Origin: Octopus vulgaris
Taxonomy: Eukaryota
Reading direction: 5' to 3'
NCBI GenBank assembly: GCA_951406725.2
Contig: OX597827.1
Coordinates: 3,658,001-3,722,000 of the forward strand
Length of the DNA: 64,000 nt
Part shown: positions 51,449 through 64,000 of the stretch, piece after piece
Layout of the letters: each line of letters begins with the position of its first letter
How positions within the stretch are numbered: position 1 is the stretch's first letter
Notes under the pieces: model-generated
The model's database searches: none
What the model saw: the letters and a program-made list of their open reading frames with translations, nothing else
What the model was told of the DNA's origin: nothing
Translations under genes and position numbers: made by a program

Positions 51449-52859
51449 GTAAGAATTTATGAAATGTTATAGATTTGAATTTGATGATAGGAATGTATGT
51501 ATGGTTTAATAATATCGCTTTTAGTGTCACAACGGAATATCCCTGTCATACAGCATTTATAGACATATGTGATGATACAATATAATTATGTTTGCATATA
51601 TATTAGCAGGAATAGTGATGTGTCAATGGAGAACTGATCGGTAACATCAGCATATCAGAAAATCAAGCCATAGTATTAGCTTCAGTTTTAAGTGAAAGTT
51701 GATAGGTTGGTAGAAGTTAACCTGTGAATATTGGAAGATTTCATGCAACGCTGATGAGTTCAATTACACCAAATAACACAATTTTTGTCCTTGAGAAGCA
51801 AATGTTATTTATTACTTGTTTATCCCTAGAAAGTATGAAAAATAGCTAATATTTCCTTCAAAGTTTGCTTTTGTTACATTTATCCAAACCCCAAAGAATC
51901 TCTCTCTTAGCACATGGCTATGATGCTCCCCCCCCCCACTACTCCTGTTCGAGATCAGTGATGCACATATTGTCAGCCACAGAGGGACGTGCTCAAGTGA
52001 TTAGAGTCAAGCAACTGACAAGCAAATCTGTGGTAATGAGCAGAATATTTGTTATAATGATATTTCTGCTTCTGCCACTCACCACTGAATTTGTCTGAAA
52101 TGTAATGGAAAATATATCAGTTTCAAAGCACTGATGCCCAAGAGATAAAAGCAAAGTTTGAAGGGAAGAGTAGTCACTTCCTTTGATTTCTCGTTAGAAG
52201 CAAATAAGAAATAACACTTACTGACTAAAGACAGAAATTAACAAAAGTTTTGTTGAGCAGTGTTATTGTTGTGAAGAGTGGAGAAGCTTATATTTCAGTA
52301 CCAGAGAATAAAATGAGACAGAACACTGCTCATCTAAGGGGAGGTATCCCCAAACAAATCTTGCATCCTGATAGCTGCTGTGTGCATGTGGCAAATTTTG
52401 CATCAGACCAACACAAGTTTAAAGAATGAATGAATGGGGCTGGCTAAGCACAAACTATACCCACTATAATAATAAAATCCTGCTGCTTAGTGAGGGTACT
52501 TTATTGAGCATTTAAAAAAGGTTAAGTGGGCAAACTTTAACACAAGATCTGCAGGAAGGTAGATATGTATATAACCGATATCTGGCACTCTCACCCCTTG
52601 TTCTATGTTACAAACATTCAGTTTTAACGTAATCTAAATTTAAACCTTCCATTAAAATTACCTGGGAGAAATAAGGATAAACATAAGTTTAATAAGTGTT
52701 CCCTGATGGTCTGTTGTTGTTGAGCATCTAAACACACTTGGAACACATTGCAGGGCTGCAAACAACCATAATGGGGAAACACACTTAGGAACTATAATAT
52801 AAACTTGTGTTTAACCTTATTCTTTCGACAGTTTCTCTGTGCTTCATAACTAGTAATAC

Positions 52860-53075
52860 TAGTTTCACGTTTTGACTCAAGGCCAGCAATATTGAGGGAA
52901 CATGTAAGTCAATTACATTGACCTCCAGTAATCAACTGGTACTTATTTTATTGAAATGAAAGAATGAAAGGCAAAGTTGACTTTGGTGGAAGTTGAACTC
53001 AGAATGTAAAGACGGACAAAATGCCACCAGGTATTTTGCTTGGTGTTAACGGTTTCTGCCAGCTCACCATCTTAT
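52860..53075 (-). mobile_element. SINE family A copy
   Basis: gaatgaaaggcaaagttgactttggtggaagttgaactcagaa..ttctgccagctcacc. Confidence 0.85.
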
Positions 53076-55316
53076 TCAAAACTAGTAATGCTACTCAGTA
53101 TAGAAGTTACTCAATAATTACAGAGGAAGCAGACTGGATTATGATAATCTACATGGAGCTTTAAACATAACAGTAGCAGTTGTACATTTATTTGTACACA
53201 ATTTCTACTATTAATATTTCATAATCAATTTGTATTCCAAACACCAATTTAATAATGGCAGAGATATTTTACTAAATTCTTATTTTCAAAATTACCTGAA
53301 CCAACAGAAATACGATACAAAAGTTATTTTTGGCTTTACTCTATTTTCCTTTGAAGAGCTAGAACCCAAAACAGAATTTCCACTCATTACAGCAATCAAA
53401 CTAATTAACATTCCGCAAACTCATTTTTCATTAATTATAGCTGATCAAAACCCAGCAAGTTCTCCAGGTTTGGATGAAGAATTAGCTTTGTCAGCTCAAA
53501 GAAAATAAGTTCAAAGTTACAGCAGGTATTTCGATCTATTTCTAGCTAGAACTAATTTCGCTATTTGATATCAGTTTCCTTAACTATGAAGTATTGGTAC
53601 TGAGTTCTTTGCAGGAAACGTTTGCTTGCAACAGCTAATAACCTATCCGGAAAATGTGAAGATTCACATTTTTCAATTCGCATTATGATGGTAGCGATAA
53701 CATGAAAAGCTTAATTCAATATTTAAATTACATAATTTATATCAGCTATCATCTACAATCAGGTGGAAATAAATCCATTATTTTCTAAATGAAGCATAGA
53801 GTTTACAAATTTAGTGCATAACCATGAGAAATAAAATTAACTCAGATACATTATTAAAATTAGTTCCCTATAATGAAAATCAAATGTTTTATTTTTGTTT
53901 GTTTTTATGATATCACAAGCATCGGCCTTACTACACAGAGACATACACTGCAAAACCCTGTTAACATGACTAATAAAGTTTTTTTTTAATATTTAAACAT
54001 TATCATATTTGCAGTACTGTTCAAGACATGGAGGAAGGTGTTTAATAACTGGATACTGTCTAGCCTTTTAAAACAAACCATTAATAATGAACTGGTATTA
54101 GTATCTACTTTTGGTTAGATTAACTGAGGCATACAGAATAAAGTACCATATTGTTGTTGCGTAACCTCATTTCAGTCCTGATTAAGTAAACTTAGGAAAG
54201 ATATTTAATCCGAGATCATCTTGCCTTTGAAGGAATATGTATAATACAGTGTCTAATATGTCATTAACAGAGTGAGATTTAAGCCTTTAGAATGTAATCT
54301 GGATATATCCAACCCAAATATTCTACCTGTTTTATGTTCAAATTGTCCAGGTCAAACCTCTTGCACCTACCCTGCAATGTCATTTGAAAAATAAACAATC
54401 ACATCATTGAAATCTCAAAGCTACAAGATAATGCATGTTTATGTTTAATTCAAAACAGTGTTATAATTAAACATTACAATAGAGTAATTGGTAGCTCAAG
54501 CAACTAATCAAAGGCTCTCACAGTTCAAGGGCACAGCACAACCCTTCCCTATTGGCTAAAAGATAAACAGAAACAAAACATAGACTTAAACTCTTCCTCT
54601 TCAGACATATATGCTGATACCGACAGCAGCAGTCATAAACTTATGACTCATTGAAACTTGTATCATCGAATACTGCAGCAGTTCAGCCATTTTGTTTTAA
54701 CTGTTTGAATTGTTGTTGAATAAATTTCAAGAGGAATTAAACTATAAAATATGACTTAAAAACAGGAAAAAAACCTGTCTTTGGTTAATTACGTTCCTGT
54801 TCTGACATCACCTTCTGACTTTTGGGTATCTTCTTTCAACTGAATTCACTATATTGCTAGCATTCACACCAGAAACATGATTTGAGGGTAAGTTTCTTCC
54901 TTTTGCCACCAGTGTCTGAGGCTTTGTGACGGAGTCATTGACCATGTCTTTCACCATTTGAATATTTCATAAAAATAAAAAGTAACGAAAAAGATGAAGC
55001 GAAAATCCTAATGAGTGTTAATTATTTTTTTTTTTTTCTGTACATTTATGTTAAGATTACTGCAGTACTTCAGATAATAACCATGGTTTTATTTTATTAG
55101 GCCATGACTACCTCATTTAAGCATATTTTGTGGGCAGTAATCTTTTTTTAGTAGTGTCTCAGGTTCTGAAAAATTTTCCAGGTTGTTGGGAATCAAAACT
55201 GTTATCAAAACCATATCAAAGTTATGGTAAAGGAAGAAAACCGACTTCTTCCACTATAAAAAAGAAAATAGATTTTTTTTTTTTACATATGAAAATAAAT
55301 AAAACTAAATAGAATT

Positions 55317-55322
55317 ACTTAC
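55317..55322 (-). promoter_or_regulatory. Splice donor GTAAGT, phase 0, after codon Q (DDTTQ|)
   Basis: Perfect GTAAGT consensus five codons before the read-through stop, followed by AT-rich intron-like sequence. Confidence 0.75.
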
Positions 55323-57758
55323 TTGTGTAGTATCATCAGCTGAAGATTTTAGCTGAATTGCCAAAGTAGAATCTCTCCAATTTTGTCCTGATTTATATCC
55401 TGAATAGAACCCTCTTTTTAATACTGATGATGTATGGGGGTTTCTGCTGAGACTTGGATTGGTCTCCATAGCTACGGGGGCATCGTATTTGAGAGATATT
55501 TGTTCACAAATATCTTCAGAGTGTCTTCTCTCCCCGACTAAATCATTGTTTGCATCAATCCGGTAACCGTACTGAACCTCTCTTTGATTCTGTCTTTGAA
55601 CAATGCAGACTATTATAGAGACTACAATAGCTGTAGATATTATCACAGCAGCTATTACGATTATTACTACTAAACTGATATGTATCATATCATCTGACTC
55701 AGTGTGTTGAGCTGTGTAAAGCTGAGAAGTGCTGTTGCTGACCGTCAGAGTCAGAAATACTGTGGTGGTTGCTGACAATACTGGAGTCCCACTGTCTCTG
55801 ACCACAAACTGAAGGTCATATGACCCAGCATCATTTTGGTAAACTGGACGAGAGAAAGACAATACTCCAGTATAAGGATTAATAATGAATAACTGTTTGT
55901 GGTTTCCTCCTATTATTTCATATCTGAGGAAAGCATTCACATGGCTGTCTCTGTCAGAAGCTCTTAATGTTGTGACGTCATTCTTACTCTGCGGATGGTA
56001 ATGGACATCTATGTTAAAAGGGTTAACACTAGGAAATGTAAAATATGGTGCATTGTCATTTTTATCAATAACTTCAACAAGCACATTAGCAGTGCTGTTC
56101 AATGCTGGACTGCCATTGTCTGTAACTAAAATGTTGAACTCATAAATATCCTGCTGTTCATGGTCCAATGAATGAGTTGTTGAAATAAATCCAAAGTCAG
56201 AAATTTGAAAAGGAAGAATATCATTATGGTTGTGTAATAAAGAATAGGTCAGGTGACCTCCCTGTCCTAAATCAGGGTCAGTTGCATTAATATAACCAAC
56301 TGGAAAGTTTTCTTTCTCATTCTCATAGGTTAGAAATTTGAATGTATCTTTAGTAAATTGTGGCTGTACATCATTGACATCCATCACTTGGATTGAGAAC
56401 CTTCTCTCTGTATGAAGAGAAGGTGAGCCTTCATCTTTACAAATAATTGAAAAGTCTATATAGTCTTCAGTCTCTCTATCGACGGAATTCTTGACAATAA
56501 CTTTATATTTCTTTCTGCCAAGTTCTTGGAGTTGTATTTTATCATTCTGAAGATCACAAGAAACTTCTCCATTCAATCCAGCATCATTATCAGTAACCTT
56601 TACATAGGCAATGAAGCTGCCAACTTTGACCCCTTCAGAAATCACAGCTGAATTATCTTTTGATTTGGAAACAAATTTTACATCAATCCTTGGTGCATTA
56701 TTCTGCTGGTTAATAATGTTTACATAAACCATTGCTATTGAATTTAAAGATGGTTCACCCCCGTCTTTTGCTTCTACATATAATTTATATGTTTGTCTTC
56801 TCTTCAGTGGAATTTTCTTACTTAAAAAAAGCTCCCCAGTGACTTCATTGAGTTCAAAGTATGATTTTGCCAGATCTGTTGTTTCAGAATTCAAATAATA
56901 TGAAACAGCACCGTTTTTATCTGTGTCTAAATCTTTGGCAGATAAAATAAGAATAGGAGATTCTATGTCATTTGCGTTTTCAACTGAGACATTGTAAATA
57001 TTCTGAGAAAAGATAGGTGCATTATCATTCACATCTGTAACTGATATCTGAACATTTAAAATACCTTCCCTAGGGGGAGTTCCACCATCTTTAGCAATGA
57101 CTTGTATTGTATAAACATCTTTCGTTTCTCTGTCAAGTTTGCTTTTGAGAACGATATCAAGTTTCTCAGTGCCAACCATTCTTTTCAAAACTGATAGCTC
57201 AAAAGGAGCATTTTCATCTTTTTGAAGAACATAAGTAATCTGAGAATTTAAAATTCCTACATCTTTATCAACAGCACTGGGAATAGATTTTGTAGTTCCT
57301 TTCCCGTCTGTTTCGTCAAATTGGAGATTAATCATTTTATTTGGAAATATTGGCTCGTTATCATTAATATCTTCAACAATGATTTTGATTTCAATAATTT
57401 TCACAAATGATTCTTCATGTCGGACAGCAATTTCTATCATTCTAAAACATTCCCTTCTGTATTTACAAAGTGACTCTGAGTCCAAAGTTTTGCCGGTGTA
57501 TAACTTCCCTATTTTGGAGACATTGAACAACTGAGCATTTCCAGTCAGACTTTCATGTAATTGACTAAAAGTAATAAGATTATGGCCTTGTGGTGGAAAA
57601 CTGTCCACAAATTTGGTATTGGCAGCAATATCTCCGACATAGGTACCGGGATTTTGTTCTTCTTGTACATGATAGGTGAGAACAACACCGAGGCTTGTAT
57701 TTAAAATATATATTAATATAAATACTTCTATTTCTAAAAGTTTCTTACTCAGAGTCAT
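55323..57758 (-). CDS. Pcdh: Protocadherin, large ectodomain-encoding exon (signal peptide, 6 cadherin repeats, TM, start of cytoplasmic tail); gene probably continues in further exon(s)
   Basis: 824-aa ORF 55305-57779 in the track starts at TTG; first in-frame ATG is 57758 (MTLSKKLLEIEVFILIYILNTSLG, hydrophobic signal-like). Cadherin motifs: YHVQEE, LDSESLCKYRRECF (EC1 Cys-X5-Cys typical of protocadherins), DINDNEP, AVDKD, LDRE, AKDGG, DVNDNAP, DVNDVQP, ATDPD, DKNDNAP, ASDRD, VRDSG. TM ISLVVIIVIAAVIISTAIVVSIIVCIV. CAA|GTAAGT donor at 55322; unspliced stop at 55305. Confidence 0.95.
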
Positions 57759-57797
57759 TTCAAAATAATTTTCATCCAAATATTATTGAGATTTTAT

Positions 57798-57830
57798 CTG
57801 AAAATACAAAAAGAAAAGAGAAAAAAAAAT
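57798..57830 (-). promoter_or_regulatory. Splice acceptor (polypyrimidine tract + CAG) of the protocadherin exon; implies an upstream 5' UTR exon
   Basis: Minus strand reads ttttttttctcttttctttttgtattttcag| then 39 nt before the ATG at 57758. Confidence 0.8.
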
Positions 57831-58100
57831 CTTTGAAAAACATCATGCAATGACTTTGAGATAATCTATTTCTTTGAATTCCTTCTGCTGCACAATATAC
57901 AATATTTATTGTGTTCTGTTAAAGACTGTGTAATCCACTCTTTTCACTCTTTTCAATTAAAAGACAATGTGATTAAAAACAATGTGACAAAGAAGAAAAA
58001 ACAAAAACAGTATAAAAGACATTGAGATACATTGTTGTCTGTTGTTAATAAGAATGTGATATACTGCTAGATGTAAATACAATGTGATATGCTGTTCTAA

Positions 58101-58101
58101 A

Positions 58102-58157
<56 letters not shown>

Positions 58158-58173
58158 GTTATTGTTATTATTA

Positions 58174-58229
<56 letters not shown>

Positions 58230-58238
58230 GTTATTATT
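58101..58238. repeat. (ATT)n microsatellite
   Basis: About 45 units, directly abutting a SINE head. Confidence 0.95.
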
Positions 58239-58240
58239 GA

Positions 58241-58473
58241 AGGCGGCGAGCTGGCAGAAACGTTAGCACGCCGGGCGAAATGCGTTGCCGTATTTCGTCT
58301 GCCATTACGTTCTGAGTTCAAATTCCGTCTAGGTTGACTTTGCCTTTCATCCCTTTCGGGGTCGATAAATTAAGTACCAGTTACGCACTGGGGTCGATGT
58401 AATTGACTTAATCCGTTTGTCTGTCCTTGTTTGTCCCCACTATGTTTAGCCCCTTGTGGGTAATAAGGAAATA
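58241..58473 (+). mobile_element. SINE family A, full-length reference copy (tRNA-derived head)
   Basis: ggcggcgagctggcagaaacgttagcacgccggg..gagttcaaattcc (B box)..gcctttcatccctttcggggtcgataaattaagtaccag..ccccttgtggg; about 20 related copies in the window. Confidence 0.92.
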
Positions 58474-58785
58474 TATTATTATTATTATTATTATTTTTAT
58501 CATTATTAAATATAATACAATATAATATAATACAATATAATACTCCAATATAATATGCTATTACTAGGTCCTGCCTGAGGAGTGTGGTCATGCAGGGGCA
58601 ACCCATATGCAAATGCTAGCTTTTACTATGGCTCTGTGAATGAGTGTTTGATGCTATAGCCCTCAGTTGCTTTTCATACCATGAAGCTGGTTCATCTGGC
58701 ATTTGGGGTAGAAGAGTAGAACATTCAGTTGTTTCTCGAATACATTTAGATTATAAATATGTACACACACGCAGATAATCTGTCC

Positions 58786-58899
<114 letters not shown>

Positions 58900-59541
58900 A
58901 TGTATATATATGTATATATATATGTGTGTATATATATATGTATATATATATATATGTATATATATATGTATGTATGTATGTATATACTTGAGGAAACTAA
59001 GGACTAAATGTAATACTGTAGACTCCCTTTCACTTATATTTACATTATATATATTATTATTTGTGTGTGTGTTTACATACATATATGTAAATGTCTTTGA
59101 GTGTGATGACTCAATTACACACACTAATGTTTTTATCACTGTCCCCTCTTTGATTTCTGGCCATGGCTCACCCCTTTTATCAAATACTTCCCATCCTCTA
59201 TTCTTTCTATTCCTTCCCCCTTCCCTTTTCTTCCCTTCTCTTCCCTTTACTCCTTCTTTTCCAACTCATCACTTCTCTTCCTCTTTTCTCCCCTCCCCTT
59301 CCCATGCCTCTTTCAGTGTTCTGTTTGGTTATTACCGGAACAAAATGACTGACGAGAGAGTAGCATTAATTCTGCAGGTCATTCAATTTTTCCCAACCAA
59401 TCAATGGGCCGATTGAGCAAACCGATCAATAACGAACCCATAATGACTACTGGAAACGGCCATAAGTCAAATTTACTACAATAAAGAAATATGTAATGAT
59501 CATCATTTATGCCTTGCCTTATTTATATATATATATATATG

Positions 59542-59591
<50 letters not shown>

Positions 59592-59668
59592 AGGAGCTTC
59601 TACAGGACTAGAACTGTTTCATTCAAGAGAAATCTTCAGGAAGCTCATATATATATATATATATGTAT

Positions 59669-59739
<71 letters not shown>
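59669..59739. repeat. (GATA)n microsatellite
   Basis: Direct inspection. Confidence 0.95.
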
Positions 59740-59740
<1 letters not shown>

Positions 59741-61429
59741 TTCGTTGTTTATGTGATTCTAGTATCATAGCTGTTATATAAAGCTTTTCTATAAAACAAA
59801 ATATTGTTATAGTTGAAGTTGTGATGAAAATGTACTGAAGTCTGTTGACTGAACAATACACAAGCTGATGAAGCGACTCTGCTGGTCATTCATTTTTCCA
59901 GAAGTAGCAGCCAAATATCCCTCAAATTACATTCCACCATTATAAGTCTGATCAGTCTGAACTGACATGGAGTTAAACAACTACACAACATCTACAACAG
60001 CCATGTGAATTTTCTTGCTTTTTTTTTTTTCCTGTTATCGTGTATGCTTTATATGACATATGTATCTATAAAACTGTATATGATATTGCAATCTCCATTG
60101 AAGAGGACATGCCAAAGTGCTGTGTTAACGACTATGTATATATTTCTATCTATAAAACCCTGTGATGTACTAATAAAGACCACAATAATATTCTTCATTC
60201 TATTACAGAAAAAAAAGAAGAAAATAACAATAATAAAAATAAATAGTATAAAACTAATAAAGTGGCCCTGCTCAGTCAATAGCTACCTGTTAAATTAATT
60301 CCTTATCACAACTTGGCTTTGCATTTGACTGTTTGAAGCAGGAAACTGCTCTCGAGGCTGATTTCTAAACAGGAATATGTAAACAAGAGGTCAAAAGGGG
60401 GAAAAATGGCATGGCATGGCATAGCGTAGTGAAATGGTAGAGAATTTCCTATGTCACATTCTGGAGAGAAGAAGAAATAAAAAGAATCAACATTCTCCCA
60501 GACAAGTCTCTTTACAAAGTGGAAATTATGAGTTGCATCCATTTTTAATTGAAAGTAACATTTGTATATCTTTATCCAGTAATTATGGAGGATACGTGCT
60601 GCCTTTGAAAAGTGGGGAAAGGTTTTTATATATTTCCTGTACTTAAAGATAAACAGGTACTTAAAGGGGGATATCTTTAAAGGGAAAAATGTTCATTTAT
60701 CTAGCTGCAACTGTTTCGGCATTGATGTCTGTATTTGCAAGTTACGGCTTACATTCAAAGGCACCGTTCAAAGAAATCAAACAGAAGCCAACATATATTT
60801 GTTGAAGATATCTTTCATTAAATGCCAAGCAAATCAGTAACTCTTACAGAATTTTGCCACAACTGCTGCGGCCACAACTTGTTCTTTTCTTTCTTTCTTT
60901 TTTTTTCTTTCCTTTTCTTTCTTTCTTTTTTTTTTTGTTGTTGTTGTTGTCGTTTCTGATTTCATCATAGAGAGTGGACACCGTTTCCCCGTTTGAGAAT
61001 CAAAAATGTATCAAAAGAAAAACGACAGCAAAATCGGAAGTATCACTTAATTAACCCTTAACCCTTTGAAATAACATATACAAATAAGTAAATGAATGAA
61101 TAAAAACACCAGAAATACACAGTAAAAGACAAGAAATAAATAAAAAAATTAGAAAGTAAATATGTTGGAGAGATATACGGACTTTTATTGATGTATTTAA
61201 AGTAAGATAAGTATGTATAGGTGCATGTATGTAAATAGGAATGTAAATATGCACGTATGTAAGATAAGTATGAAGTATGTAAATATGTGTGTATATTTTT
61301 TATTTATGAAAGTAAATATATATAAAACTATGTATAAATGTAAATATGTATGTATATGTGTAAGTATGTTTATAAATATGCACTAATGTATGTGCACTAA
61401 TGTGTGCTTGTAGATATATATGCAGGTTT

Positions 61430-61460
<31 letters not shown>

Positions 61461-61468
<8 letters not shown>

Positions 61469-61722
61469 ATGAATATATGTATGTTTGCATGTAAATCTGT
61501 ATGTGTGTGTATGAATACATGTATGTTTGCATGTAGATCTGTATGTGTGTGTATGAATACATGTATGTTTGCATGTAAATCTGTATGTGTGTGTATGAAT
61601 ACATGTATGTTTGCATGTAGATCTGTATGTGTGTGTATGAATACATGTATGTTTGCATGTAAATCTGTATGTGTGTGTATGGATACATGTATGTTTGCAT
61701 GTAAATCTGTATGTGTATGTAT
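61461..61722. repeat. 42-bp minisatellite, about 6 copies
   Basis: gta[a/g]atctgt recurs at 61491, 61533, 61575, 61617, 61659, 61701. Confidence 0.95.
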
Positions 61723-62166
61723 GCACGCAGGTCAGTAAGTATGAATATATATCATACATATATATGTATGTAGATGGCAGGTATTGCAGTTCTAATGATG
61801 ATGATGATGCTTAAAACGTAGTTGAAGGAAGTAAGCTAATATATGACTTACAGCTACTAAATGTAACATCAACAACAACAACAGTAACAACAACTGCACA
61901 AACAAACAAGGGTTGCTGCTGTATTGCAAAGACTCGAGCAAGGAAGCAATTAAGCAAGCAAGCAAACAACAGTGAACAAGAAGGTGAAAATGTAAGTGAA
62001 AAGCAAAATTTTGTTTTAAAATAAATGTAAATGAGTGAATAAATAAATAAAAAAAAATATATATATACAAATAATTAAGTAAATTAAAAATGATGAAATA
62101 TTATTATTATTATTATTATTGTCATTGTTATTATTATTATTGTTGTTGTTGTTATTATTGTCGTTG

Positions 62167-62197
<31 letters not shown>

Positions 62198-63511
62198 CAT
62201 TATTATTATTATTATTATTATTATGTTCTTGTTGTTGTTGTTGTCTTTTTCATTACTCATAGCTTTCTGACAAAGACAAGCAAATCTGCACGATTTTTGA
62301 AATAAATTTCCCAGGAAGCTTTCTCCTTGCTTCAACAGAAGTAAATTTTATCTTCAAACTAAATTTAATTATCAAGCAATAAATTCAATTATGTCGTTAA
62401 TTATGAGAGCAAAATTTAATTTTTGCAAAATATTTTATCTCAAATTTTTAAAATAAATAAAGAAACTTATAGCAACTTTGCCAGTTTATTGATTTTCCAA
62501 TAAATTTCGGTGAAAGAAAAGATAAGAAGCATTTTAACAGCACACAATGGAAAATTCAAATATTAATTGATAAATTAACCTAAATTATCTTTTGTTTACT
62601 TCTATTTACTTCTTTTTTGCTAAAAAAAAAACAAACAAACATATATGTTGAAAATGTAGTTTGGTATCAGGAAACACATGCCATACATACATATATATAC
62701 ATATACAAATACACATGTATGTACATACACAGACATATCCTTACATATACATACATTTTATATATATGTATATATATATATACATATACATACATATATA
62801 TATTTACATATGTGTATATATAACCACATAAACATACATGTGCTTACACATAGCTACAAATTTGTACATACATAACTACATACATGCACACACATATATA
62901 TGCATACATATACATACACATTCCTACATACCTAACTACACACACACAAATACTTGCGCACGCACATATGACCATACACAACCATACATGCTTGTACACA
63001 CATATAAAAATATGCATGCACATACACACACACACACACACAGTCACATATCAGAACAAGCAGTGAATGCAGTGTTAGATGCAAGCATGCATGCATAGAA
63101 GAACTATTTTAATTTGTTTATATTCGCAAATACACCTTTAGATTAGTAGAAAATAATGATCTATATGCACATTCCTTGAAGTGTGGGTTGTGGTTGGAAA
63201 TGGTGGCAATGGTGGTTGACAGAGGGATGGCAATGAAGTGTTGATATGGTAGTGTAGTGGGCTGGAGCGAGACTTAGTCAGAAGGTAATTGACTGCACTA
63301 ATGGACAAGACGGTCTGGTGGACAGTGTTGGTTGTATGAGAACGACAGGCAAGATTGTAGAGGATAGTAAATGGATGCATACAGTGTTCTTATATTTAAA
63401 TGTAGATAATTCCACATACATGCCCCATTATTTCGTACATAAATGGACAGTCACTCATGACACACATTTGTTTATTCACATATAGCACACACATATATTG
63501 TATATACAATA

Positions 63512-63558
<47 letters not shown>

Positions 63559-64000
63559 ATATCTATATATATATATATATATATATAGATGCATATATAG
63601 ATACAACATGCACACATTTGATGGAGTTTCCCCATTAACAACAGTATGTGAACATCTAGCTATTCAATGAGGTCAATGGAATCATTGAATTAGCATGAAA
63701 GTGGTTGAGTATCTCACAGATGTTTGCCACTAATTCTACCTAGTTTCCACCTACCTATTTTCACTCACAAGCCTTGGATTCCCCTAAAGCGAAGATGAAA
63801 GATGCTATGCAGTGGGATTGAACATGGGACCTTGTAACGATGATGATACTTTTTAAATTAGACTGTGACTTTAGTAATGATGTAATGGATATCCAAACTT
63901 CTACTGATTTGTACTCCATATGTTGCCACTGGTTTCACTTCTAGTATTGCTGGTGATCCTTGACTCTTTTCTCTATGGAAAGCAATATATTCACTCAAAA

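Noticed and set aside
53230-53508. 92-aa plus-strand ORF, or a possible downstream Pcdh exon on the minus strand
   Set aside because: TTG start, no motif; the minus-strand acceptor (ttctttgag) is weak and frames close quickly.
57759-57779. N-terminal MDENYFE of the 824-aa ORF
   Set aside because: It starts at TTG; the eukaryotic start is more plausibly ATG 57758, which directly precedes the signal-like segment.

Overview
AT-rich, microsatellite- and transposon-saturated animal genomic DNA, most consistent with a coleoid cephalopod such as Octopus (inferred from the protocadherin type and the SINE repertoire). The only convincing host protein-coding feature is one large minus-strand exon (55323-57758) encoding a six-cadherin-repeat protocadherin: signal peptide, EC1-EC6, TM and start of the cytoplasmic tail, bounded by a strong splice acceptor and a phase-0 GTAAGT donor. 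The rest is repeats: many copies of several SINE families, decayed RTE and CR1-like LINE fragments, a Tc1-type transposon remnant with DD35E spacing, a Tigger/pogo remnant, two Helitrons (one complete non-autonomous, one with Pif1-helicase remnants), a hAT MITE with TSD, several palindromic elements, minisatellites and very many (TA)n/(CA)n/(ATT)n/(GA)n microsatellites that generate nearly all ORFs in the supplied track. The most interesting non-obvious signals are a twice-present repeat carrying a decayed minimal hammerhead-ribozyme motif, a LINE 3' end matching a SINE tail, CpG-rich versus CpG-poor domains, and a cryptic 39-bp/13-codon degenerate array. I found no clear evidence of a wholly new biological system. 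All coordinates and alignments were read by eye.
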